This document shows positions 27,881 through 38,464 of a stretch of DNA of 64,000 nucleotides, piece by piece. The stretch comes from Clostridium sp. Lineage in GTDB: Bacteria; Bacillota; Clostridia; Lachnospirales; Lachnospiraceae. Position 1 is the first letter of the stretch. Every line of letters starts with the position of its first letter. The stretch lies in contig JAMPFU010000012.1 in the NCBI GenBank assembly GCA_023664385.1, positions 12,117-76,116 of the forward strand, in the 5' to 3' direction. A program made the translations under genes and the position numbers. The notes under the pieces were generated by a model, which was not told the origin of the DNA, ran no database searches, and saw nothing but the letters and a program-made list of their open reading frames with translations.

Positions 27881-28126
27881 CAGGTAGCTAAAAACCAGCT
27901 TTCGTTCATTTCAGACGAATGATACTAAGAGTTACTGCTTGAAAATATTTATCCGAGCAACTGAAAAACCGTTTGCATACGCCGACACTTAAATTGCCGA
28001 TTTCAGTTATTTCTACTTTTATAAAAATAACTGAAATCGGCAATTTTTAATACCACTATGTCCAAGATGAATTGCACACATATAATGGTCAGTATTGTAC
28101 AAGTGCGGCAGCTTCTTTAGATACCG

Positions 28127-30223
28127 TTACGCCTTATTATACACAAACACCGTTGCCGATATTTTCGGAACCTTAACCGTCAATGCATTATCCCTTATCT
28201 GATAAGACTCATTGCTTATAACATAGCCCTCCTCTGTCGTCTGCATCAGGCATGTCATATAGCTTCCATCAGAAACGCCAAGCCGTCTTACATATAGAGA
28301 AAGCTCATGCTCCTCATAATCATTATTAAGTACGACGACCGCCGCCTGTTTGTCCGTAAAACGTCCAAAGCTGACAAGCTTATATTTTCCATAAAGAAAA
28401 AGCATTGAGCCTTTTATAAATGCTTCGTTCTGCTTATGTATTTTTATGATTTCCCTGTGAAACTGTATCAGTGCCTTATCCTCTCTGCCCCAAGGGTAGG
28501 TTCTTCGGTTGTCAGGGTCTGTCCAGCCGCAAAGCCCCGCCTCGTCACCATAATATATGGTCGGTGCACCCGGCCACGTCATTTGAAATACAACCGCTTC
28601 CCTGAACACGCCATAGTTTATATTTTCATTTGCCGCCTCGGCTCCCATGGTATGTAGCCTGCCGACACGCCTGTTTGTCCTTGTCAGAAACCTTGAATGG
28701 TCATGGTTTGAAAGCTCATTCATGGCTATCTCAAGAGAATTTTGATTGAATTTGGACATGTGGTGCCTCAAGGAACCTGTAAACGCATCAGGATTGCCAA
28801 GAAGGTCGCCCCGAAATTCATCGCTGTGTTTCTCTACGCCAGTAAGAAACCATGTGATAGGCTCCATAAATGCATCATAATTCATAACCGTGTCCCACTG
28901 GTCGCCCAAAAGCCATGTCTTCGGGTCCCCATAATGCTCTGCAAGTATGATTGCATTTGGATTTGCCGCCTTTACCCTGTTTCTGAAGTCACGCCAAAAT
29001 CTGTGATTAAATTCCTCCGTATAACCAAGGTCAGCAGCAACGTCAAGCCTCCAGCCGTCCGCATTATACGGCGGTGATACCCATTTTTCACCAATTCTCA
29101 TAATATATTCATAAAGCGTTTCCGATTCCTCATAATTGAGCTTTGGAAGCGTATCATGTCCCCACCATCCGTTGTAGGTTGTATTGTACGGCCATTGCCA
29201 ATGGTCCTGAAATTTAAAGAAATTCCTATAAGGACTATCATGGTCAATGTATGCGCCCTTTTCATAGCCCTCCTGTCCCTCATAAATACATTCTCTGTCC
29301 ATCCATTTATTGAAGGAACCGCAGTGATTAAATACACCGTCAATAATAATCTTCATACCCCTTCGGTGGACTTCCTCCACAAGCTTGGCAAAAAGCCGGT
29401 TGCTTGCCTCAAGATTTTCCTTGTCAGTCACCCTCCTTATATATCGGGATGCCTCTTTATTGGTGACTGAACCCTCTCTAAGACAGTCACCATCATCATT
29501 GACAATCACACCAAAATGCGGGTCAACATAATCGTAGTCCTGAATATCATATTTATGATTGGACGGGGACACAAATATAGGATTCAGATATATAACGTCA
29601 ACGCCTAAATCCTTCAGGTAGTCCAGCTTATTCATTACACCCTGCAAGTCACCGCCATAAAAGGAACGCACGTCCATTTCATCAGGATTTTTAAACCAAT
29701 CCGTTACCCGTTTCGTGCCCTCGCCGATATAACAATATTCGTTGTCCAGCACGTCGTTGGATTCATCTCCGTTACAGAAACGGTCGACAAATATCTGATA
29801 AAATACTGCCCCCTTCGCCCACGCAGGCACCTTATAGTCAGGCACAATCTGAAAATTATAGTCAGGATTTAATGTCTTTTGCGCCCCAAGCTTGTTAAAG
29901 GAGCATGTCACATTTCCTGCATGTATCTCAAAATAATACTCTACATCATCATTTACCTCGGCAATGGTATGTTCAAAATAGTCAAACAACGCATCCCTGC
30001 GTCCGATTTTCATCTCACGCCTCTCGCCATTATAAACAATATAAACCGTGTCAACATTTCCAAGTGCCGTTCTGAACCGCAGGGTTACGGATTGTCCCAG
30101 CTTTGGTTCAGCCGGCGTTCTGTAATACTCTGTTCCATCGGAAAACAAAGCGCCTACATTCAGTGCTGTTTTTGTATTAAAAACATAATCAAATACTTTT
30201 TTCGCTGAAGCTCTATCTGACAT
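28127..30223 (-). CDS. Glycoside hydrolase family 13 enzyme (neopullulanase/cyclomaltodextrinase/alpha-glucosidase-like)
   Basis: GH13 conserved regions 'IIDGVFNHCG', 'GWRLDVAADL', 'LAEHYGD' and 'LSNHDHSRF', with an N-terminal 'FYQIFVDRFCNGDESND'. The start at 30223 is preceded by GGAGG; the ORF-track start at 30367 is probably too long. Confidence 0.85.
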   Translation of the reverse strand: MSDRASAKKVFDYVFNTKTALNVGALFSDGTEYYRTPAEPKLGQSVTLRFRTALGNVDTVYIVYNGERREMKIGRRDALFDYFEHTIAEVNDDVEYYFEIHAGNVTCSFNKLGAQKTLNPDYNFQIVPDYKVPAWAKGAVFYQIFVDRFCNGDESNDVLDNEYCYIGEGTKRVTDWFKNPDEMDVRSFYGGDLQGVMNKLDYLKDLGVDVIYLNPIFVSPSNHKYDIQDYDYVDPHFGVIVNDDGDCLREGSVTNKEASRYIRRVTDKENLEASNRLFAKLVEEVHRRGMKIIIDGVFNHCGSFNKWMDRECIYEGQEGYEKGAYIDHDSPYRNFFKFQDHWQWPYNTTYNGWWGHDTLPKLNYEESETLYEYIMRIGEKWVSPPYNADGWRLDVAADLGYTEEFNHRFWRDFRNRVKAANPNAIILAEHYGDPKTWLLGDQWDTVMNYDAFMEPITWFLTGVEKHSDEFRGDLLGNPDAFTGSLRHHMSKFNQNSLEIAMNELSNHDHSRFLTRTNRRVGRLHTMGAEAANENINYGVFREAVVFQMTWPGAPTIYYGDEAGLCGWTDPDNRRTYPWGREDKALIQFHREIIKIHKQNEAFIKGSMLFLYGKYKLVSFGRFTDKQAAVVVLNNDYEEHELSLYVRRLGVSDGSYMTCLMQTTEEGYVISNESYQIRDNALTVKVPKISATVFVYNKA

Positions 30224-30287
30224 ACTTGCAGCCTCCAATTCTAAACATATATCCAGTATTTTAATACAAGTTACGGATTTTAACAAG

Positions 30288-30332
30288 AAGAAAAACAGGG
30301 AAAAGGACAGCCAACGTACGACTGTCCTTTTC
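30288..30332 (-). terminator. Rho-independent terminator after ftsH
   Basis: The stem aaggacag / ctgtcctt is followed by TTTTCCCTGTTTTT on the minus-strand RNA. Confidence 0.5.
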
Positions 30333-30569
30333 GGAGAAGGTATTTTGTTACTTATGGGGTGTAGCAAAAAACTATATAATGTATTGGGGGGTTACAAGTA
30401 TTATTATAACAAACTTTATTAAAAAGTGTGTCTAAACATTTTTTTATTTTTCATTTTTTTTTGTGCATAAATGCTAATAGAAAAAATTTAAAAATTTTAA
30501 AAAACGCTTTTTTTGTATATTATTTATAAAAACTAAAGTGTTTGATGTAGATTTTTACTACTCCTAACA

Positions 30570-32408
30570 TCACTCTGCGTCAAATAATGCCTCAAATTCA
30601 GCCCTGTCAATACGTTCTTTTTCAAGCAGACGTTCCGCACACTTGTGAAGAACCTCCATATTTTCCGTCAAAATACGCTTTGCCTCATCATAACAGTAAG
30701 CAATTATTTTTCTTACCTCTTTGTCTATCATAGCTGCCATTTTCTCACTATAGCTTCTGGAATGTCCCAAATCCCTTCCGAGGAATACCTCCTCGCTGCT
30801 GTCAACCTCATAGTTGATAAGGCCAACATGCTCTGACATTCCGTATTTCACCACCATATCCTGCGCAGCCTTGGTTGCCTGCTTGATATCCTGAGACGCA
30901 CCTGTTGTTATATCGCCAAATATAAGTTCCTCCGCAATACGTCCTCCAAAGCTTACCTGAATATCCTGAAGCAGCTTTGTCTTTGTGGTAAATACATTAT
31001 CATTTTCAGGCAGCGGCATCGTATAACCGCCTGCACCAAGTCCATTTGGAATGATGGAAACAATATGAACAGGTCCCACCTCGCTTAAAACATGGAATAA
31101 AATTGCATGTCCCGCCTCGTGATATGCCGTTATCTTTCTATCCTTCTCAGGCACAAGACGGCTCTTTTTCTCTCCACCTATGCCTAACTTTATAAATGAT
31201 TTGTCAACGTCCTCCTTTGAAATGTACGGACGGTTTTCCTTTGCGGCATTGATTGCCGACTCATTCATAAGGTTTTCCAAATCAGCGCCTGCAAAGCCTG
31301 ATGTCGTTCTTGCAATCTCATGTAAATCCACATCATCGGAAAGCGGCTTGTTTCTTACATGTACCTTTAATATTTCTTCCCTTCCCTTTACGTCAGGTCT
31401 GCCGACCATAACCTTTCTGTCAAAACGTCCCGGACGCAGAATGGCAGGGTCAAGGATGTCAACTCTGTTTGTAGCCGCAAGTATAATAATTCCTTCATTT
31501 GTTCCAAAACCGTCCATCTCAACGAGCATCTGATTTAAGGTCTGCTCCCTCTCGTCATGTCCACCGCCAAGACCTGAGCCTCTCTGTCTTGCAACCGCAT
31601 CAATTTCATCGATAAATACGATACATGGTGCATTTCTTTTGGCATCCTCGAACAAATCCCTCACTCTTGCCGCACCGACACCGACAAACATCTCAACAAA
31701 ATCCGAACCCGATATTGAGAAAAATGGAACACCAGCCTCGCCTGCAACAGCCTTTGCAAGCAGGGTCTTACCGGTTCCCGGAGGACCCTCAAGCAAAACA
31801 CCCTTAGGAATACGGGCTCCCAATGTATTATATTTCTTAGGATCCCTGAGGAAATCCACAATCTCGCTTAATTCTTCCTTTTCCTCCTCAAGTCCCGCAA
31901 CATCCTTAAATGACAGCTTATTGTCTGCGTCAGAGAGCATCCTTGCACGGCTTTTGCCAAAGCTCATGACCTTTCCGCCTCCGCCTGCGCCACCCGACGC
32001 ATTGCTTGTCATTACAACAATAAGGATTACCATAAGTACGGCACCAAGTATTATGGGCAGCCATGTCAAAAATGTACTCTGCTTTGGTACATCGTACATT
32101 GTCATTTTTACCATGCCGTCACCGTACTTCATAATATATTCCTGAACGACATTTACATCGGAAACATAAAATTCCTTTGTTTCCCCTGTATCTCTATAAG
32201 CAAAGGTGACAACACCCGTTGGAACCTCACTGTTTTGGCGGATAACTACCTCGCTTATTCTATCTTCCCTTATATCAATTTGGAAATCATCTATTGTATA
32301 ATTAACATCCGTTTCAGCCCCCTGCTTTGACATCCAAAGCACAATGCAAAAACCGATTACGAAAAGCAAAAGATAAAAACCCAAACTTTTCCTCATGGCA
32401 CTTCTCAT
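30570..32408 (-). CDS. ftsH: ATP-dependent zinc metalloprotease FtsH
   Basis: AAA module '[23 protein letters not shown]', zinc motif 'HEAGHA' and an N-terminal TM region. Confidence 0.95.
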   Translation of the reverse strand: MRSAMRKSLGFYLLLFVIGFCIVLWMSKQGAETDVNYTIDDFQIDIREDRISEVVIRQNSEVPTGVVTFAYRDTGETKEFYVSDVNVVQEYIMKYGDGMVKMTMYDVPKQSTFLTWLPIILGAVLMVILIVVMTSNASGGAGGGGKVMSFGKSRARMLSDADNKLSFKDVAGLEEEKEELSEIVDFLRDPKKYNTLGARIPKGVLLEGPPGTGKTLLAKAVAGEAGVPFFSISGSDFVEMFVGVGAARVRDLFEDAKRNAPCIVFIDEIDAVARQRGSGLGGGHDEREQTLNQMLVEMDGFGTNEGIIILAATNRVDILDPAILRPGRFDRKVMVGRPDVKGREEILKVHVRNKPLSDDVDLHEIARTTSGFAGADLENLMNESAINAAKENRPYISKEDVDKSFIKLGIGGEKKSRLVPEKDRKITAYHEAGHAILFHVLSEVGPVHIVSIIPNGLGAGGYTMPLPENDNVFTTKTKLLQDIQVSFGGRIAEELIFGDITTGASQDIKQATKAAQDMVVKYGMSEHVGLINYEVDSSEEVFLGRDLGHSRSYSEKMAAMIDKEVRKIIAYCYDEAKRILTENMEVLHKCAERLLEKERIDRAEFEALFDAE

Positions 32409-32427
32409 TTTACGCTCCCTTCCGACC

Positions 32428-32949
32428 TTATTCCTCTATTACTCCAATGTACGGCAGATTTCTGTATTTCTGCGCACAGTCTAAACCACATCCAACTACA
32501 AACCTGTCAGGAATTACAAATCCTGTCATATCCGGCTCTATGTCAACAACCCTTCTGCCCGGTTTATCTAAAAGGGTTATAATCTTAAAGCTTGCAGGCT
32601 TTCTCTCCTGAAGTATTTTCACAAGATAGGAAAGCGTCCTGCCCGAATCCATAATATCCTCGACAAGAATAACCTCCCTGCCCTCTATGGACTCATCTAA
32701 ATCCTTAATCAGCCGTACAACCCCTGACGACTTTGTATCGTTTCCATAGCTTGTTACGGACATAAAATCCATTGTAACTGGAACATCAAGCCGCTTTGCA
32801 AGCTCACACATAAAGAAAATGCTTCCCTTTAACACTCCAATTATATGCACACTTTTTCCTGCATAGTCCTTATTTATGGTATCTGCCATTTCTTGGATTT
32901 TTTCCGCAACCTTATCTTCACTTATAAGTACGCCTATTTTTTCCGCCAT
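32428..32949 (-). CDS. hpt: Hypoxanthine phosphoribosyltransferase
   Basis: PRPP-binding motif '[14 protein letters not shown]'. The tilS-hpt-ftsH synteny matches B. subtilis. Confidence 0.9.
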   Translation of the reverse strand: MAEKIGVLISEDKVAEKIQEMADTINKDYAGKSVHIIGVLKGSIFFMCELAKRLDVPVTMDFMSVTSYGNDTKSSGVVRLIKDLDESIEGREVILVEDIMDSGRTLSYLVKILQERKPASFKIITLLDKPGRRVVDIEPDMTGFVIPDRFVVGCGLDCAQKYRNLPYIGVIEE

Positions 32950-32950
32950 C

Positions 32951-34351
32951 TTACTCTCCTTTTCCTTTGAAATTTATACACATAACTTTGTACGTATTCT
33001 CATCCACCTTGTAAGCTTCACTGTACCGAAGTCCTACCACCCAAATAATTTCATTGCCACAGGCGATAACAGGCCATGTAAGCCTTTTTATTCTGTCTAT
33101 CTTTTTATCAATAAACAGTCTGGACAATTTCTTAGAACTGCCTTTGCCGTCAATTATAATATAATCCCCAAACTCGGGTGTTCTTATACAAATATTGCCT
33201 TTTATTTTACCATAATCAACCATTTTAGTATAGATTTTTTTTGAAACTTCCATACCTGCCTTCCATGGCTCAACACTTACGGAAAATGTACCAACGTCCG
33301 AAATTTCATAGCATCCACTGCCATCTATGTCAACACTGTACCCTTCCTTTGCGTCACAGCTTTTGGTTATGATGATATTGTCATAGCTTCTTCTTGCACA
33401 TATGCCATAGGGCAGCATAACCTGCTTTCCCGTATCAGCCCTGCAAAGCGCAAGAACCGCCAAAATATGCTTTCTGCTTATATCCTTACGGCTCCCTGCC
33501 ACACGTGCGGCTGCTTCATGGAGCATATGCTCCTTTATAACGTCATCGCAGACCTCAAGCTTATTTATATCAAGCTTAACGCCCCTGCCTGAAGGCTCCT
33601 CCGAAATAACATTTTCCATATCTGCTGCCGCCTTTTCATGTACATACCCATAAACCTTTTCCGCCTCGGCAGCAAGGCTGTAAATGTGTTCTATGGCATT
33701 GGCATTCATTTTCACAAGCTCAGGCAAAATGATATGTCTTATTCTGTTCCTGTCGTAATCAATGGATAAATTTGTAGAATCTGTCCTGTAATCCTGTCCG
33801 ATATCTGCAAGATATTGCTCTATCTCTGCCCGATGGCAGAACAGCAGCGGTCTTATAACATCATCCCTTACGGGTCTTATGCCTGCCATGCCCCGAATCC
33901 CGCTTCCACGAAGCATATTAAATATGAATGTTTCCACTACATCATTTTTGTTGTGCGCCACTGCAAGCCGATTCATATGGTTTTCCTTCATGACCTGACG
34001 GAAGCAGTCATATCTGTACCTTCGTCCTGCCTCCTCAACCGAGCATCCAAGCTCCCCTGCATAAGCCGTTATATCTTTTTGAAAGCATACAAAAGGAACA
34101 CCAAGCACACCGCAAAGCTGCTCGGCGAATTTCTCGTCGGCATCCGCCTCCTCACCTCTTATTCCATGGTTAATGTGTACACAGTAAATGCGGTTTTTTC
34201 CAATGCCAAAGCAATCGGCAAGCTCACACATAACCCTGAGAAGGCATACGGAATCAGGTCCTCCCGAAAGTCCTACCACCATACCCTCCGCATTTTCCAG
34301 CATGTGATTTTCCTCAATATACTTTTTTACGTTTAAAATAAATTTATCCAT
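32951..34351 (-). CDS. tilS: tRNA(Ile)-lysidine synthetase
   Basis: PP-loop 'VVGLSGGPDSVCLL'. Confidence 0.9.
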   Translation of the reverse strand: MDKFILNVKKYIEENHMLENAEGMVVGLSGGPDSVCLLRVMCELADCFGIGKNRIYCVHINHGIRGEEADADEKFAEQLCGVLGVPFVCFQKDITAYAGELGCSVEEAGRRYRYDCFRQVMKENHMNRLAVAHNKNDVVETFIFNMLRGSGIRGMAGIRPVRDDVIRPLLFCHRAEIEQYLADIGQDYRTDSTNLSIDYDRNRIRHIILPELVKMNANAIEHIYSLAAEAEKVYGYVHEKAAADMENVISEEPSGRGVKLDINKLEVCDDVIKEHMLHEAAARVAGSRKDISRKHILAVLALCRADTGKQVMLPYGICARRSYDNIIITKSCDAKEGYSVDIDGSGCYEISDVGTFSVSVEPWKAGMEVSKKIYTKMVDYGKIKGNICIRTPEFGDYIIIDGKGSSKKLSRLFIDKKIDRIKRLTWPVIACGNEIIWVVGLRYSEAYKVDENTYKVMCINFKGKGE

Positions 34352-34423
34352 CTGTTAAAACCTGACATCACCTAACAATATGTACTATATTATAAATCAC
34401 GATTTTGGGGATGTACATAGTTA

Positions 34424-36469
34424 TCACAAAGATTTAACAAGTTTTCCCACAATTATCGTTGCGTCATCCTTGAGCCTGTTTCCCGATATGCCTTGTATTT
34501 CCTCAATAATTTGCTCGGCTATTTCCTCGCTTTCCATATCGCCGCAGGACAAAATCATATCACGGAGATATTCCTCCCTGTTTTCAAAAACAATGCTTTC
34601 CAAAATACCGTCACTCAGCATGACGACCAAATCACCATCATAAAATTTCTTTTCACAGTTTTCCCACTCAGCGCCCTCAACGATACCCACAGGCAGGGAG
34701 GTAGATTTGACTATTTCCATTCTGTCCTCCCGTTTTATATAGGTTGCCGCCGCCCCTTGCTTATACATGGCGCCATAGCCTGTATGCAGGTCGAGTATGA
34801 GCATATCCAGCGTTGCATACCGTTCCCCCTTATTGTGCCTCGACAAATAGGAATTAACAACCTTGATGGACATTTCCTTATCAAAGCCTGCAAGCAGAAG
34901 CTCCTCGAGGGCATCAAGAAGATTTCTGCTGTCCGAGGACGCACGTTCACCGTTTCCCATGCCGTCAGCAATCATAAGCAGCATTCTTCCATCCCTGATA
35001 TCACCCACATAGAAATTATCGCCTGACACCTGATTTTCATAGCGGCTTAACGTCCGTACAGCAACGTCGCACTTAAATTCAGGTCTTTGCTCAAGACAGA
35101 GTATATCATAATTTCTTCCCACAATGGAACGACTATCTTCCTTTAAGCCGAGCCTGATACCCATATGCTCCTCAACAACCTTCCTCACATTATCCGAGAC
35201 AATCAGACGCCCCCTGTTACATTTCAGGGTAATATAAACCTCATATCGGTCACTCCTGTTTTTTGTAAGAACAAGGCTTCTTACCGCTATCTCCATTTTG
35301 TTTAAATCCTCGATAATTTTTGCTTCAATTGTTTTCTTCAAGGGCACAGGATTTGCAAGCTGATTTGTGAAATCGTCTATAATTTCTCCCACATCAGAAA
35401 ACCCGATGCCTGTTCCCGACTCCTTCGCCATCGTGTAGTCAATCCGCTTAAATGCCTTTGCAAGCGATTTTATACGCTTTATAACGAGAAGCGCCCACTC
35501 AGGCGACGTTCCCTCAAGCTCTCCGTTTTTTACCCTCTCATCCACAGCCGCAACCCAGCCTGCGGGAAGGAGAAAAAAAATAAAAAGCGCAGTCACAACG
35601 GCTTTCAGGGAATCCTCCGCAAGCATACTTTCATAAAAGCCAAAGCCCACAGCAAAATACACCGTGGCAAAGGTAATGCCGTAGGCAATGCGCCCGCCCT
35701 TTAATACACAGAGTATGGCAAAGGAAACGATTGCCACAAGAATCCAATTTGTAAGATAATAGTCGTCCCCCGTTTTAATGGACATTACCGCCCCTGCAAT
35801 GGTTGTCCAGCTTATTCCTATACCAAAACCAAACCGATACATTGCATACAAAATACTAAAAAGTGCAAAGCACTCTGCAACTACAATACTGTCATATACC
35901 GAGACAGGCATTCCTGCGAGAGCTGTCGCTGCAAGAGCCACAGCGCTAAGCGCCGCCTGATTTTCAATTGCAATTTTTACATAGTCATTTATGATTGTTC
36001 TTATAGCATAAGAATAAATAACGGCAACCGAAAATGTAAGCGCCGCCTCCGCAAATGCCTCCCCTATGGATATGCTTTCCGGAAAAATAATCCCCCAAGC
36101 TGCGTCAAGAACAAACACAAGCGTTGAAGCAAAAAATATAATCCCGTAATCCTGCCACTTGAAGCTTCTATCCCTTTTCATATTCATGACAAGATAAACC
36201 ATGACAGCAATAATCAAGTACCTGACAGTTTCGCCAGCGCCCATAAATGAAAACACACCCAGCATAAGGCTTATTCCACATGCAAGTCCTCTTTCGCCCA
36301 AATTGCACACTGCAATTAAAAATCCTGCCATAAAAGGATTGATTCCGTAAATATGGCATCTTCCAACAAAAAAAGCTGCCATAACAAGCCAAGCTCTCTT
36401 TAGCAACCGTTCCACCGGATTATTATCTTCTGCGACAACACCTGCAATATCCATTTCTACCTCCCACAC
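34424..36469 (-). CDS. spoIIE: Stage II sporulation protein E (PP2C phosphatase with a multi-TM N-terminus)
   Basis: About 10 TM helices, then a PP2C-like C-terminal domain ('MLSDGI', 'GDGMGNGE'). The position upstream of tilS-hpt-ftsH matches B. subtilis. Confidence 0.85.
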   Translation of the reverse strand: MWEVEMDIAGVVAEDNNPVERLLKRAWLVMAAFFVGRCHIYGINPFMAGFLIAVCNLGERGLACGISLMLGVFSFMGAGETVRYLIIAVMVYLVMNMKRDRSFKWQDYGIIFFASTLVFVLDAAWGIIFPESISIGEAFAEAALTFSVAVIYSYAIRTIINDYVKIAIENQAALSAVALAATALAGMPVSVYDSIVVAECFALFSILYAMYRFGFGIGISWTTIAGAVMSIKTGDDYYLTNWILVAIVSFAILCVLKGGRIAYGITFATVYFAVGFGFYESMLAEDSLKAVVTALFIFFLLPAGWVAAVDERVKNGELEGTSPEWALLVIKRIKSLAKAFKRIDYTMAKESGTGIGFSDVGEIIDDFTNQLANPVPLKKTIEAKIIEDLNKMEIAVRSLVLTKNRSDRYEVYITLKCNRGRLIVSDNVRKVVEEHMGIRLGLKEDSRSIVGRNYDILCLEQRPEFKCDVAVRTLSRYENQVSGDNFYVGDIRDGRMLLMIADGMGNGERASSDSRNLLDALEELLLAGFDKEMSIKVVNSYLSRHNKGERYATLDMLILDLHTGYGAMYKQGAAATYIKREDRMEIVKSTSLPVGIVEGAEWENCEKKFYDGDLVVMLSDGILESIVFENREEYLRDMILSCGDMESEEIAEQIIEEIQGISGNRLKDDATIIVGKLVKSL

Positions 36470-36524
36470 AAATATAAAGCGTAGCCTGCCCTTAAAATAG
36501 TTATTTCTCAGGCGGCGTTTATAG

Positions 36525-36557
36525 ATTATACTTGTCCACAGATAGATTGTCTGTCAA
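36525..36557 (-). promoter_or_regulatory. Candidate spoIIE promoter: TTGACA-N21-TATAAT, the same unusually long spacer as the Spo0A-dependent B. subtilis spoIIE promoter. TGTC-type 0A-box-like sequences flank it
   Basis: The reverse complement of 36525-36557 reads TTGACAgacaatctatctgtggacaagTATAAT. Confidence 0.4.
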
Positions 36558-36587
36558 ATCTTAGTAGGATTTTTAAAATGTTATAGA

Positions 36588-36614
36588 CAAAAAAATAAGG
36601 GGCTGTCGCCCCTT
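36588..36614 (-). terminator. Rho-independent terminator immediately after the divIC-like gene
   Basis: aaggggc-tgtc-gcccctt is followed by a T-run on the minus-strand RNA. Confidence 0.6.
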
Positions 36615-36932
36615 TTATTCCTCAGGTCTTATCACTATCTCATCCGGATATACAAGTCCTAACTTTTCCTTTGCAACGTCCTCTATATACTGCTTCGTCT
36701 TCATATACTGCTCCCTTGCCTCAAGCTCCTGTCTGTCAAGCTCCGTCTGCTCAAGCTTATTCTCAAGTGCCTCCTCCGTATATGTAAGCTCCTTACTCTC
36801 ATTATAAAGGTCAGAAATTTTAAATACTGATGCTGCGCACACAACAACCACAGCCACAACGATAAACATACTGGCTAATCTTGACTGTCTTCTTGTTGAT
36901 TTTTTTCTTCTTTTTGCCATAAGCACACCCAC
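36615..36932 (-). CDS. Septum formation initiator family protein (DivIC/FtsL-like)
   Basis: A basic N-terminus, a single TM helix and a coiled-coil C-terminus. Its position between yabQ and spoIIE matches B. subtilis divIC. Confidence 0.55.
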   Translation of the reverse strand: MGVLMAKRRKKSTRRQSRLASMFIVVAVVVVCAASVFKISDLYNESKELTYTEEALENKLEQTELDRQELEAREQYMKTKQYIEDVAKEKLGLVYPDEIVIRPEE

Positions 36933-36958
36933 TATAAAATAATCATCCTATGTATTTC

Positions 36959-37369
36959 TTATCTGTTTTTCGACATTCTTGGCTTTATTTTAACCCATTT
37001 ATTTATTTTTTTCAACAGTACATTACATTTTTTGCATATTTTTTTACAAATTTTTCTTATAAATACAATCACGTAGCCGGCAGCAAACAGAAACACATAG
37101 CTTACCGTGTAGTGATAAACCAAAAAGCCAAGAAGCATGCCAAACAGCACGTACCATCTCAGACTCCCATAATTGTACCTGTTGATGCAGGCGATTGTAA
37201 TACATGCGCCAAAAAGCCAAAACAGCAAATCTGAAAGTGCAACAAAAAAATTATTATGACGGACAAGCCTTCTGAAGCATCTTATCAAATCATAAAGAAA
37301 GCCCATGCAGACGCCTAACAAAAGACTAATAAGCATCATATTCCACTGACCGCTGATAAATTCATACAT
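36959..37369 (-). CDS. yabQ: Spore cortex biosynthesis protein YabQ-like membrane protein
   Basis: A small multi-TM protein immediately downstream of the yabP-like gene. Confidence 0.5.
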   Translation of the reverse strand: MYEFISGQWNMMLISLLLGVCMGFLYDLIRCFRRLVRHNNFFVALSDLLFWLFGACITIACINRYNYGSLRWYVLFGMLLGFLVYHYTVSYVFLFAAGYVIVFIRKICKKICKKCNVLLKKINKWVKIKPRMSKNR

Positions 37370-37669
37370 CTATCTAAACAACCTTCCGAATAGTTTTGAT
37401 GCAGCTTTTCCCGGCTCCATAATCTCCGAATATGTAATGCTTACGACACAGCCCTGAAACTCTAAATCGCCGCTGTCGCTGTCATATTTCTCCATATGTA
37501 AATCCTCGCCCTTTATGGTAAGCTTTCCAAGCTCAGTATTTAATTCAGCTTCTTTTTCGCCAAAGGACAAAACCTTTTTTACACCCGTAACAGTGCCTTT
37601 TTCTCTGTCGTTAAGGCAAATCCCATGTTTTCCTGCAAGCTCCATAGCATTCCCCCGCTTATAAGACAT
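37370..37669 (-). CDS. yabP: Sporulation protein YabP
   Basis: 99 aa with a YabP-like pattern, 'GKLTIKGEDLHMEKYD...EFQG.V..I.Y'. Confidence 0.65.
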   Translation of the reverse strand: MSYKRGNAMELAGKHGICLNDREKGTVTGVKKVLSFGEKEAELNTELGKLTIKGEDLHMEKYDSDSGDLEFQGCVVSITYSEIMEPGKAASKLFGRLFR

Positions 37670-37700
37670 CGCATATAAAATATTATATGCCGGTTTACGG

Positions 37701-37940
37701 CTACAGATACCTGTACATTTCCTTTGCTTCTTCTTTTTTGCTTGTATCAGCTATCATGGTAACCTCTGCCTTAACAGATTTATTTCCGAAGCTAATCTCT
37801 ATCATGTCTCCTACCTTAACATCATAAGATGCCTTAACAACCTTATCGTTTACCATGACACGTCCCGCATCGCACGCTTCATTTGCAATCGTCCTTCTCT
37901 TAATCAGACGAGAAACCTTTAAATATTTGTCAAGCCTCAT
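37701..37940 (-). CDS. S4-domain RNA-binding protein (YabO/HslR-like)
   Basis: S4 fold signature 'MRLDKYLKVSRLIKRRTIANEACDAGRVMVN'. Confidence 0.7.
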   Translation of the reverse strand: MRLDKYLKVSRLIKRRTIANEACDAGRVMVNDKVVKASYDVKVGDMIEISFGNKSVKAEVTMIADTSKKEEAKEMYRYL

Positions 37941-37959
37941 ATTAATCTCCTTATAAAAT

Positions 37960-37995
37960 TAATAGGTCATCACACCCAAAAGTGAGATGACCCAT
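37960..37995 (-). terminator. Terminator hairpin downstream of hup
   Basis: ggtcatcacac / gtgagatgacc (one mismatch) is followed by a T-rich stretch on the minus-strand RNA. Confidence 0.4.
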
Positions 37996-38021
37996 TAATT
38001 TATGCTTTAATTGTCAGTATC

Positions 38022-38294
38022 TTAGTTGATGGAATCCTTTAAAGCCTTTCCTGCCTTAAACTTAGGAGCCTTTGAAGCAGCAATCTTCATTGTCTCGCCT
38101 GTTCTAGGATTTCTACCCTCTCTTGCAGGTCTCTCAGCCACCTCGAATGTACCAAATCCAACTAACTGAATCTTCTCGCCCTTCTTTAACTCGTCAGCAA
38201 CTGTCTCAGTGAAAGCCTTAAGTACCTTCTCAACATCAACCTTCTTAAGTCCGGTCTTCTCAGCCATGCTTGCAACTAATTCACTCTTGTTCAT
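38022..38294 (-). CDS. hup: DNA-binding protein HU
   Basis: 'MNKSELVASMAEKTGLKKVDVEKVLKAF...GFGTFEVAERPAREGRNPRTGE'. The start at 38294 follows AGGAGGAA. Confidence 0.9.
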   Translation of the reverse strand: MNKSELVASMAEKTGLKKVDVEKVLKAFTETVADELKKGEKIQLVGFGTFEVAERPAREGRNPRTGETMKIAASKAPKFKAGKALKDSIN

Positions 38295-38464
38295 CGAAAT
38301 ATTCCTCCTATAAATAAAAACGTTTTGATTACTCACTTTATTTTAGTAATCCCCATATACTCAAGCTTTAAAAAAAGCCCTACGCATATTTATACCCTTT
38401 TAACCATTAATTGTCAAGTAAAAAAGCCTGCAAAAGCAATATTTTTCAAAAAAAGCATAGCAAA

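Noticed and set aside
36470-36620. tRNA genes expected upstream of spoIIE by analogy with B. subtilis
   Set aside because: No cloverleaf-compatible sequence or GTTCGA(A/T)TCC T-loop motif was seen. The region is a promoter plus terminator instead.
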